64,000 nucleotides of DNA from an uncultured Alphaproteobacteria bacterium (lineage in GTDB: Bacteria > Pseudomonadota > Alphaproteobacteria > Rhizobiales > Xanthobacteraceae). This document shows, one piece after another, positions 30,101-37,194 of this stretch (position 1 is its first letter; every line of letters starts with the position of its first letter). A program made the position numbers and the translations under genes. The stretch spans positions 222,399-286,398 of the forward strand of contig CAWGYY010000004.1 in NCBI GenBank assembly GCA_963826945.1, written 5' to 3'. The notes beneath the pieces were generated by a model. It did not search any database, had not been told where the DNA came from, and worked only from the letters and a program-made list of their open reading frames with translations.

Positions 30101-31623
30101 TTGACCGATTGAGAGATGAGTTCGCCTATCACGCGCAAGCAAAGCGGCTTGCCTTGCACGTGGTCTCGTGCGGCCTTTCGATACATAGCGACCCGCGTCT
30201 GCTCGAGCAGATGATCCGCAACCTGCTTGCCAACGCCGTGAAATACACCAAGCGCGGCAAGGTGCTGCTCGGTTGCCGTCGCCGCAAAGGCGTGTTGAGC
30301 ATCGAAATCTGGGACACCGGAATTGGCATCCCCGACAATGAACTGCAAACGATCTTCGAGGAATACCATCAGCTCGACAATGCCGCGCGTGAACGCAGCC
30401 GTGGGCTCGGCCTTGGTCTCTCCATCGTGCAACGCCTGGGGAATTTGCTGGGTCATCGGGTAAGCGTCCGCTCACATCCGGGCAAGGGCTCAGTCTTCGC
30501 CATCGAGGTCATGCTCGCACCGAGCGGAACGGCACCGCAACTTGCGCACTATCGGCGGGGCAAAGATGACGAGGTAGTTGAAGGCGTTCGCCGCACTGGC
30601 GCGATCCTGGTCGTCGAGGACGATCCCGACGTGCGCGAATTCCTCACGTTCGCCCTCAAGGACGAGGGCCATCGTGCGATAGCGGCGCCTAACGGTATCG
30701 CAGCGCTGAAACTGGTCGCGCGCGGGACGGTCCGACCTGACCTTATCCTCGCAGACTACAATCTGCCAAATGGTATGGACGGGCTCCAGGTCATCGCGAA
30801 GCTGCGGGAAAAACTTCATCGCCAAATCCCGGTCATCATTCTGACCGGTGATATCTCAACCGACACCCTGCGCGATATCGCTCGCCATGACTGTGTGCAG
30901 CTCAACAAGCCAGTGAAGTTGAAGAATCTGGCACAAGTCGTCCAACGCCTCCTCCCAGTAGCGCAATCCGCAGCGCATCCTCACGCTCAGTACCCCGCGG
31001 AAGCAGCCAGCACTCCGGAACCGCGGCTCATTTTCGTCATCGACGATGACAACCATGTACGCGATGCGATACGCGCGGTGCTCGAAGAAAATGGCCAGAG
31101 CGTCGAAGATTATCCGACGTGCGAGGCATTCCTCGAAGCCTACCGTCCGGGCCGCGGAGCATGCCTCTTGATCGATGCCTACTTACCCGGAATGACCGGC
31201 CTCCAATTGCTGCAGCGGTTCCATGATGCGGGCCATCGGCTGCCGGCGATCATGATCACTGGCAATGCCGACGTGTCGATGGCGGTTCAAGCCATGAAGG
31301 CCGGCGCTTCGGACTTCATCGAGAAGCCAATCGGCCGCACCGAACTGGTCGCCAGCGTCGAGCGAGCTCTCGAACAGGCGCGGGATTCGAGCAAGCTATC
31401 CGCCTGGCGGGAGGCTGCGGCGAACCGCATCGCGGGCCTAACTCACCGAGAGCGCCAGATCATGGAATTGGTCCTCGCCGGCCATCCCAATAAGAACATC
31501 GCCGCGGAACTAGGCATCAGCCAACGCACTGTCGAGAACCATCGCGCTGCAATCATGAAGAAAACCGGCTCGAAGTCTCTTCCGGCGTTGGCCCGCTTGG
31601 CCCTTGCCGCCGGCGTGGGATAG
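27139..31623 (+). CDS. CheB methylesterase - CheR methyltransferase - coiled coil/PAS - HisKA/HATPase - REC - REC - LuxR HTH fusion protein
   Basis: 1494-aa intact ORF. CheB: VVGIGASAGGLDA...SGTGADGS. CheR: RIWIAGCSTGEEAYSLAM. Heptad region: EEYQTTNEELLTSKEELQSLNEEL. HK: AAASHDLRQPL and DTGIGIP...GLGLGLSIV. Two receivers: VVEDDPD...ILADYNLP and FVIDDDNH...LLIDAYLPG. HTH: LTHRERQIMELVLAGHPNKNIAAELGISQRTVENHR. Confidence 0.85.
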   Translation: MSKNPVGARFNLAPPSRAREHLMPKRLIKRQATHSRKAKTVRPRSSRRSLAARSPRRGSGEFPVVGIGASAGGLDACRKLMDALPAGSGMAFILVQHLDPTHESMMVELLAGHTSMNVRQATDGMPIERDHLYVIPPGTYLSVGDGALHLSQPQARHGSRLPFDFLLHSLAEDYGKRAICVVLSGTGADGSLGLKVVKEKNGLVIAQDPDEASYDGMPRNAIMTGAVDLVLPVAKLPEALVKYGRRMALSRKQNNLRPQDVPEDRLAQIVDLLRTKTGHDFRLYKPGTLRRRIERRMAMAEIKTDDMDRYLELLRNDTSELGLLAKDLLINVTSFFRNPKVFDFLAEKIVPELVRHHTSNDPLRIWIAGCSTGEEAYSLAMLFHEQSTAAKRNVKLQVFASDVDPDAVAHAREGLYPEMIEADVSAARLARFFSKDGHNYRVTPELRAAVVFTVQDVLTDPPFSRLDFVSCRNLLIYLRPEAQAKVISLFHFALREGGLLLLGTAETVGNATDRFEAIAKQERLYRHIGRSRPGELGFSLSGGDGVRVPARPAQGQLPSHQAALADLCRRLLLETYAPAAVLINRKHECLYSLGPTDRYLRVAPGHPTQDLLAMVHQGMRTKLRSAIQLASQEYARIVVPGGRTSHGRNPGSFSMAVQSVLSEGEELLLICFIDEPMQERRQGRPTAPGDVPRVAELERELEATRTELEGAIRNLEISNEEQKAANEEALSNNEEYQTTNEELLTSKEELQSLNEELTALNSQLQETLERQRTTSNDLQNILYSTDVATIFLDTNLNIRFFTPATKALFHVIPSDVGRPLADLSSLAADNALLADARTVLQTLAPIEREIKAQSGAWYIRRVLPYRTQEKGVDGVVITFVEITERKHIAEALETAERQAELANAAKSRFLAAASHDLRQPLQTLKLVQGILAKKIKENKNDEALQLVTRLDEAAAAMAGMLNGLLDINQIEAGIVHAEMVSFPIKGLLDRLRDEFAYHAQAKRLALHVVSCGLSIHSDPRLLEQMIRNLLANAVKYTKRGKVLLGCRRRKGVLSIEIWDTGIGIPDNELQTIFEEYHQLDNAARERSRGLGLGLSIVQRLGNLLGHRVSVRSHPGKGSVFAIEVMLAPSGTAPQLAHYRRGKDDEVVEGVRRTGAILVVEDDPDVREFLTFALKDEGHRAIAAPNGIAALKLVARGTVRPDLILADYNLPNGMDGLQVIAKLREKLHRQIPVIILTGDISTDTLRDIARHDCVQLNKPVKLKNLAQVVQRLLPVAQSAAHPHAQYPAEAASTPEPRLIFVIDDDNHVRDAIRAVLEENGQSVEDYPTCEAFLEAYRPGRGACLLIDAYLPGMTGLQLLQRFHDAGHRLPAIMITGNADVSMAVQAMKAGASDFIEKPIGRTELVASVERALEQARDSSKLSAWREAAANRIAGLTHRERQIMELVLAGHPNKNIAAELGISQRTVENHRAAIMKKTGSKSLPALARLALAAGVG

Positions 31624-31681
31624 TGCGGACGGGCGTTCGCTCAACGCAGACCTCCAGTCACGACTGCCCGGCGATTAGCCA

Positions 31682-31703
31682 TTAGTTAGTTTCCGAACCT
31701 ACC
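31682..31703 (+). promoter_or_regulatory. recurrent upstream motif, copy 7
   Basis: TTAGTTAGTTTCCGAACCTACC; the flanks (TAGCCA-TAG...CCTACCGT-GGC-CAT) closely match copy 5. Confidence 0.4.
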
Positions 31704-32046
31704 GTAGGCGCATTCGGGGGCGTAAATTAGTCGGGCTAGTCGTTGGCGCACGCGGCCGGATGGCCTCAAGCCGTGAGGGTATCTTGCATTGCTCATCCTT
31801 TAGAAAACGACCGAATAATCCTCATTTCCAGTCCTTGGCCGCCAGCAGGATCAGATCTTTCCAGCAAACCTAGCCATCGTTGGAGACCGGCAAGACCTAA
31901 CGTGACCTGCGCGCAGCTGGCAGATGCCCCGTTCGCGCATCCACGGCGCTACCTTGCCTTCCTGGACGGATTTCGTCGAAAAAGCGCCCGGATCGCACGA
32001 TCTGAATAGTGCCCCGCTAGAGCTGAACATTAAGGAGAAGAACAAA

Positions 32047-32241
32047 GTGGCAAAAATCGAGGAAAAGGAATTGGAGGGGCATCGTGGTGATATTATCGCT
32101 GACGTGAAAAAATTGGTCGAAAAATATCGCGCAATATTCGATTGGGATGTGCCGGATATCGATCAAACTGCTGCGGATAAGCTCATCTTGAGCGAGGTGC
32201 GTAAGGCCTTAAATAAGTTAGAGCATAAATTGTTGGGCTAA
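32047..32241 (+). CDS. small acidic hypothetical protein (64 aa)
   Basis: AAGGAG lies 9 nt upstream of GTG 32047: VAKIEEKELEGHRGDIIADVKKLVEKYRAIFDWDVPDIDQTAADKLILSEVRKALNKLEHKLLG. Confidence 0.45.
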   Translation: MAKIEEKELEGHRGDIIADVKKLVEKYRAIFDWDVPDIDQTAADKLILSEVRKALNKLEHKLLG

Positions 32242-32488
32242 GATCTCCGCCAGTGCGGTCAAGTTTCCAGACCATTGCGCGGACCCCAGCACCTGCGGCA
32301 TTACAATAGCGAGAGTCGTCACGACAGGCCGGCTGAAGGGTGCTGTCCTAATTCCTGGTCCAGTGTCCTAAGTGTGAATCGCCCCCACCACACTTGCGGG
32401 ATGGCGAAAAGCGGCGCGATCATGTTCCGGCTATCAAGCTCTACCCGAATCGACTTACTGGTAGAGTTGAAGCTGCCATTTATATCTT

Positions 32489-33256
32489 TTAGGGACTGCC
32501 CTGCGCTGCGGATGCGCCGGCGGCGGTTGGTTTGCCTTTGAGTATCCATTCAAACCCTACGGCGATCACGGCGCCGATTATCGGGCCTGCGATGTAGATC
32601 CAGGTTGTGCTCATCTCGCCGCGGACCAAATCGGGGGCAAATGACCGGACGGGATTCATCGAGGCACCGCTGATCGGTGCCGCCCAAAGCCCAGCAAGGG
32701 CAATATAACCGCCGACTGCGAGTGCGCCGTTGGAGCCAATGTTTCGCGCGCCGGACGCAGTACCGAGAATGGTGCTGACCAGGCCGGCCGTTAACAGCAC
32801 TTCGAAGATGAGCGCCTTGAAATCGCTGATGCCCACGCCGGGTGTGGTGGCGCCGAGTAGTCCAACGGTGCCGAACATTGCCCATAGGAAACACGCTGCG
32901 GCGATGCCGCCGACGAACTGCGCAGCGATATACCCCGGCACTCGATTCCATGGAAAATTGCGGCGGGCTGCAAACGCTAATGTGACCGCGGGATTTAGAT
33001 GCGCCCCGCCGACAGCACCCATAAAGTAGATGATGGCCATGACCATCATGCCCGGTGCTGCGACTTTCATGCTCAGTGTTATCGCCCCGCCGCTCAGCGC
33101 TCCTACAACGTCAGCGCCGGCGGCAACAACCACGAGGAGGAATGTGCCCCAGGCTTCTGAGAAAAGTCGCCGCCATTCATGGGCGGATTCCAAAAAATCC
33201 GGCGGCGCAGAGGCATGAAGCATGCGCTGCTCTGGCATCGATCCGATTTGCGTCAT
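32489..33256 (-). CDS. MIP/aquaporin family channel
   Basis: Two NPA boxes (HLNPAVTLAF and SMNPVRSFAP); start uncertain (33295, 33256 or 33223). Confidence 0.85.
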   Translation of the reverse strand: MTQIGSMPEQRMLHASAPPDFLESAHEWRRLFSEAWGTFLLVVVAAGADVVGALSGGAITLSMKVAAPGMMVMAIIYFMGAVGGAHLNPAVTLAFAARRNFPWNRVPGYIAAQFVGGIAAACFLWAMFGTVGLLGATTPGVGISDFKALIFEVLLTAGLVSTILGTASGARNIGSNGALAVGGYIALAGLWAAPISGASMNPVRSFAPDLVRGEMSTTWIYIAGPIIGAVIAVGFEWILKGKPTAAGASAAQGSP

Positions 33257-33371
33257 ATTTGATCCCTCTGCTCTGACGATTTTGCAGGGGATCATGGCGT
33301 CCTCATCACATTTGTAAACCGCCCAGAGCCGGTGATAACCGTCGGCGATAATCAGTGTGCCGTTCGTTTCG

Positions 33372-33593
33372 TTACTCGAACCAATTCACGATTGCCGTGT
33401 TGACGGTCGATAGTCCTTCGAGAGCGTCGCCTGCGTGGCTCAGGTCCGCCTTGAACTTGGCCTCTTCTTCGGCCAGCAATTTCATAATCCGTAATCGTTC
33501 GGCAGCGTCTGTCGATGCGCTGGCAAGCCTGCGATATCGCTTGATATTTTCTCGGTTGACGAACCTGTCCATCGCAGCCTCCAAAGCCCGCAT
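33372..33593 (-). CDS. hypothetical protein (helical)
   Basis: 73-aa ORF MRALEAAMDRFVNRENIKRYRRLASASTDAAERLRIMKLLAEEEAKF. Confidence 0.5.
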   Translation of the reverse strand: MRALEAAMDRFVNRENIKRYRRLASASTDAAERLRIMKLLAEEEAKFKADLSHAGDALEGLSTVNTAIVNWFE

Positions 33594-33614
33594 TGTGCAC
33601 CTGCCTAGGGCGTG

Positions 33615-33827
33615 TCAGTTCCTCTGGCCGACCAGAACCTTTTTCGCTGCCGGTCTTGTCTCGCGAAGCCATTCCTGCTTGGCGAACCATTCGTGGTTGG
33701 TTCGACAAATCGGACAGTAGGTGCGCGAGAAGAACACCGGCGCGCTGGTGAAACTGGTCCGATCCGTTTCGATGCCTGTTGGAATGTCGCGGCCCGTGGT
33801 CGGACATTTGATCATCAAGATACCCAC
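33615..33827 (-). CDS. small zinc-ribbon-like hypothetical protein
   Basis: 70 aa with CP..G....CPIC spacing (MIKCPTTGRDIPTG...TYCPICRTNHEW). Confidence 0.55.
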   Translation of the reverse strand: MGILMIKCPTTGRDIPTGIETDRTSFTSAPVFFSRTYCPICRTNHEWFAKQEWLRETRPAAKKVLVGQRN

Positions 33828-33879
33828 GGTATCGCCTCCCTGTTTGAGTGGGGATGCTTTCTTGACTAATTACTTGGGG

Positions 33880-34131
33880 TTACGTGTTGCCCCTGTCGTG
33901 GCCATTGGACCGCCAACCGTTGGACAACAAACGGCCGCCCGTCTCCGCTAATTTCTGACCGTCAGCGAATATGCGTTTCGCGTCCTCGGTTGCCATCTCC
34001 ATCTGCCGGCTGGCCGATTCCTGATAGGCCGTCGCGACCTCAGGGATCGAGCGGGCCGCTGTAAGCTTCGCGACAAATTCGGACCAAGCGCGCGGTGCTT
34101 TAAATATGCTTCTCCGAACCTCAGCGTGCGT
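33880..34131 (-). pseudogene. phasin-like C-terminal remnant without a start codon
   Basis: Own translation: ...APRAWSEFVAKLTAARSIPEVATAYQESASRQMEMATEDAKRIFADGQKLAETGGRLLSNG...*. It parallels ASKLTAARSIPDAMATYQEWASRRFEMMAEDGKHLLADTQKFMEAATHLLPNG of the phasin at 9443..9781. The frame is bounded by a TAA upstream, with no ATG/GTG/TTG before the homology. Confidence 0.4.
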
Positions 34132-34552
34132 TTAGTTGGGGCAATCGCGCGTGCGAGCATGCATGTTCCTTCACCCGCTCCTTATTCTGCGCGGATGCCG
34201 GCAATTGCAGCACGGCGGCGGTCTGACCGGCGACAAGCCGCGTGACCAACACCACCTGGCCACCCGGAAATTCGAGCGCGTCATGATGGACGTGCGGATT
34301 GTCCATATTGAGTTGCCGGAACCGGGCAACCTGGTGCTCCACGCGCGCCTTCCCGAACAAACTGAAAGCGCGGTGATATTTGACCTCCTTCTCGAAGGCG
34401 AGTTCGGTGCCGGGAAGCAGACAGACGACGACGTCGGGTTCCCCGACGGCGGCGAAGCCGCGGGTGATCGATTTCGAGAATTCCGTCACCACCAGCTTGT
34501 CACCAACCTTGGCCGGCCGCGAAGCGACGAGATGAAGACTGTAATCGCACAT
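34121..34552 (-). CDS. conserved hypothetical protein (MCDYSLH... N-terminus)
   Basis: GAGGAG lies 7 nt before ATG 34552; 143-aa globular-looking product. Confidence 0.65.
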   Translation of the reverse strand: MCDYSLHLVASRPAKVGDKLVVTEFSKSITRGFAAVGEPDVVVCLLPGTELAFEKEVKYHRAFSLFGKARVEHQVARFRQLNMDNPHVHHDALEFPGGQVVLVTRLVAGQTAAVLQLPASAQNKERVKEHACSHARLPQLNAR

Positions 34553-34691
34553 GGCGCACTCCTCTGCGGGAACAGCCGATACGGCTCTTTGTCGATTTGA
34601 AGGCTCACCGACCCGCGACATCGCTGATTCCGGCAACTCCGAAGCGCTGATCGGCGCAACCTGCAATTCTAGTGAGCGGGAAGTCGAGAGA

Positions 34692-34713
34692 GGTAGACTC
34701 GGAATCTACTCAG
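34692..34713 (-). promoter_or_regulatory. recurrent upstream motif, copy 8
   Basis: Plus strand reads GGTAGACTCGGAATCTACTCAG; the sense-strand motif lies about 140 nt upstream of ATG 34552. Confidence 0.45.
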
Positions 34714-34981
34714 AGACCGGTAGTCCCCCTCTCTGCTCGGCGATGGACGAGAACGAACATTTCGGAATGCGTGGTTATGCCCATGAAAATCAGGGCAATT
34801 CTGGACGAAGCCCAATGGAATTCCCCGGCAGATCCGAGCTACGGCTGATTATCATAAATCAAATAAAGCCTGACGCTCCGCTTTCATACTCGGGGGGCAA
34901 CGAAGAGCGTTTCCCCGCACCGATTAGCTCTGCGGAACGGCAAGAGCTCTGCGCGTGGATTGCCTGAAGACTGCTGCGCCC

Positions 34982-34995
34982 TTGATTTAGGTCAA
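34982..34995. promoter_or_regulatory. FixK/FNR-like box TTGAT-TTAG-GTCAA
   Basis: One mismatch; upstream of the membrane-protein start at 35058. Confidence 0.45.
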
Positions 34996-35057
34996 TGCCG
35001 GTGTCAGCGTATATTTATTTAGTCTTCGCCTTAATCTTGCAAACGCAAGAGCCGATT

Positions 35058-35387
35058 ATGACCGAAAGTAATTTTAATGATACGACATCACCAGGGCCCG
35101 AGATTCCGACGAGCCTCCGTGTAGCGGCTACGCTCCTTCGGGGGCTATTTCTGTGCGTGCTGGGCATTATGACGCTGCGGGTTACCGTGCCCGAGAAAGA
35201 GACCCTCTTTACCGCATACACCGCGTTGGGCGATCTCGTTCGCATGGCATTGGGTCTTGCCGTTTGCGTGTGGCTAGTGATCCAGCTTTTTAAGGGGCCT
35301 AAGACTGCCTACGGCTATCGAGTGTGGCTCTATCTTGGACTTGCCGCAGTCCCGTTTGCGGTGATTTGCCTCGTTGCGATTTGGTGA
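35058..35387 (+). CDS. small membrane protein (3 predicted TM helices)
   Basis: MTESNFNDTTSPGPEIPTSLRVAATLLRGLFLCVLGIMTL...; start chosen downstream of the FixK-like box. Confidence 0.5.
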   Translation: MTESNFNDTTSPGPEIPTSLRVAATLLRGLFLCVLGIMTLRVTVPEKETLFTAYTALGDLVRMALGLAVCVWLVIQLFKGPKTAYGYRVWLYLGLAAVPFAVICLVAIW

Positions 35388-35553
35388 GGGGTGAGCGCAC
35401 GCCGCTTTGAAAAGCCCCTTGTTGGCCGATCCTTTCTAGCGGCTCTCACTCTCGAACAGCCGGCGGGTTCGATGCCGGTTGTCGGCAACGAACGACATCC
35501 ACCTGCGCAGCGCAGGCCAACCCATCAATGTGATCGCGCGTTCCTCTCGCGAA

Positions 35554-36087
35554 CTAAAGCGAAAGCTTCACGTCACAGATGTACGGTTCATCCGGATCGG
35601 TTTTGAAGTCGAATCCCAGTTCCCTGCACATGTCGAGCATCTTTACATTCTCATGCAGGACTTGACCCCGGATACAACGGTAGCTCCTTGCCCGGGCATA
35701 GGCGATGAGCGTCTGCATTAACTGCCACCCAAGCCCCCGACCTTTCCGATCTGAACGCACGAGAATGGCGTATTCGCCGGAACCTGTGCCGTCAGTCGCG
35801 TGAAGGCGCGCGGCACCTACTATCTCACCCTTCGCCTCATCCAGCGCTATGAAAGCCATCGCCTTCACGTAGTCGACGTTGGTGAGCGGGGCGATGAACG
35901 CATGGTTGAAGTGTTTTACCGCGGCGAAGAAGCGCCGGCGCAGATCCTCTGCTGTTTCAGCCGAAAGGAAGCGAATATACAGCTGCTCATCCTCGGGCCG
36001 GACGGGACGCACGAAAATGGCGGTCCCGTCCTGCAACGTCAGGCGTCGCTCCCATTTTTTCGGATAAACTGCCATGATGAATATCAA
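35554..36087 (-). CDS. GNAT family N-acetyltransferase (Pat-type GNAT domain)
   Basis: FVRPVRPEDEQLYIRFL...YAILVRSDRKGRGLGWQLMQTLIAYAR (R/Q-x-x-G-x-G/A acetyl-CoA motif). Confidence 0.85.
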   Translation of the reverse strand: MIFIMAVYPKKWERRLTLQDGTAIFVRPVRPEDEQLYIRFLSAETAEDLRRRFFAAVKHFNHAFIAPLTNVDYVKAMAFIALDEAKGEIVGAARLHATDGTGSGEYAILVRSDRKGRGLGWQLMQTLIAYARARSYRCIRGQVLHENVKMLDMCRELGFDFKTDPDEPYICDVKLSL

Positions 36088-36422
36088 TTCGGTTTAAGCA
36101 TCGCGACCGCTGCGCCGCTCGGCGAAGCCCAACATCCCATATTCGCGCGATCGCTCAATTCGTTTGCTATCCCGGCGGTCTCCCAAACTAGAACGAATTT
36201 GGGGATGCAGGTACTGCTGCTCTGCGAAACACTCTGAGCCTATGGCGCGAGCAGGTGTTGCTTTCGTTCTAGCGGCTTTGTAATCGTGCATCCTTGCAGA
36301 TAATTAATGTCGTCGACAGGCGTCCGTAACATAGCGCCATTAGTTTTAGTGGTAGTCACCATTTCAGGTTACGGACATGCGCCTGACGCTGTCGCGTAAG
36401 CTGATAATCGGACGACGCGATC

Positions 36423-37004
36423 ATGAGAGAACCGATTGGTGCAACTTGCAACGGGTATTCAGTTCCAGCGCATGCGCCCTTAAGGCATACTTTGTTGATC
36501 GTCGAGGACGATGAGGCGCTGCTGCAACGCCTTGCACGCGCGATGGAGGCGGGGGGCTTTAAGGTGATAACCGCCGGGTCGGTCACCGCCGGATTGGCGC
36601 AGATAAACCTAACCGCTCCCGCTTATGCTGTGGTGGACTTGCGGCTTGGCGATGGATGCGGGTTGGACGTGGTTGCGGCACTCAAACGGCTACGGCCCGA
36701 CGCACGCGCAATCATTCAGACGGGATACGGCAATCTTGCCACTGCTGTCCGCGCCGCGAAACTCGGCGCCGTCGACTATCTCACCAAACCTGCGGACGTA
36801 GACGACCTGATCTCTGTTCTGCTCGCACCCGAAGGTTGCACGGCCTCGCCGCCGGATCATCCGATGTCGGCGCCTCGCGTCCGTTGGGAGCACATTCAGA
36901 ATATCTACGAAATGTGCGGCCGGAACGTGTCGGTAACGGCGCGTCGCCTCGCTATGCATCGGCGCACGTTGCAGCGGATATTAACCAAAGGAGCGCCGCG
37001 ATGA
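36423..37004 (+). CDS. actR: RegA/PrrA/ActR-type redox response regulator (REC + Fis-type HTH)
   Basis: LLIVEDDEALLQRL...VVDLRLGDGCGLDVV...YLTKPADVDDL. The hallmark C-terminus is RVRWEHIQNIYEMCGRNVSVTARRLAMHRRTLQRILTKGAPR. Confidence 0.85.
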   Translation: MREPIGATCNGYSVPAHAPLRHTLLIVEDDEALLQRLARAMEAGGFKVITAGSVTAGLAQINLTAPAYAVVDLRLGDGCGLDVVAALKRLRPDARAIIQTGYGNLATAVRAAKLGAVDYLTKPADVDDLISVLLAPEGCTASPPDHPMSAPRVRWEHIQNIYEMCGRNVSVTARRLAMHRRTLQRILTKGAPR

Positions 37005-37194
37005 GTACGTCGGGAACGGGAGACGCGTATGCTGCGCTCAATAGGATGCAACCCGCTACCGATACAAATCCACCTTGCCCCACACCATATCGAAGTTGCC
37101 CTTCGTCATGAAATCTTTACAAGCAAAGGCAACGACTTTGGTAGGTGAGTTCGTCGAATGTTTCAACGCTCGGGCCGCTCGCTCATGTCTGGCC

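Noticed and set aside
31743-32009. 88-aa ORF starting 40 nt after motif copy 7
   Set aside because: Its composition (Pro/Arg/Ser-rich, no RBS) is not protein-like. The SD-preceded GTG at 32047 is a better candidate for the gene in this interval.
1627-34713. Assigning the 22-nt motif to EcfG (GGAAC-N16/17-CGTT), sigma-54 (GG-N10-GC), SigR-like, or the RegR, CtrA or DnaA boxes
   Set aside because: I tried each alignment by eye. Only individual copies fit partially, and no spacing or downstream element is shared by all copies.
35554-36291. Small ORF (36094-36291) + GNAT as a TacA/TacT-type toxin-antitoxin pair
   Set aside because: The GNAT resembles the protein-acetyltransferase (Pat-type) domain rather than TacT. 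The 65-aa ORF has no RHH/DUF1778-like features and has poor coding character.
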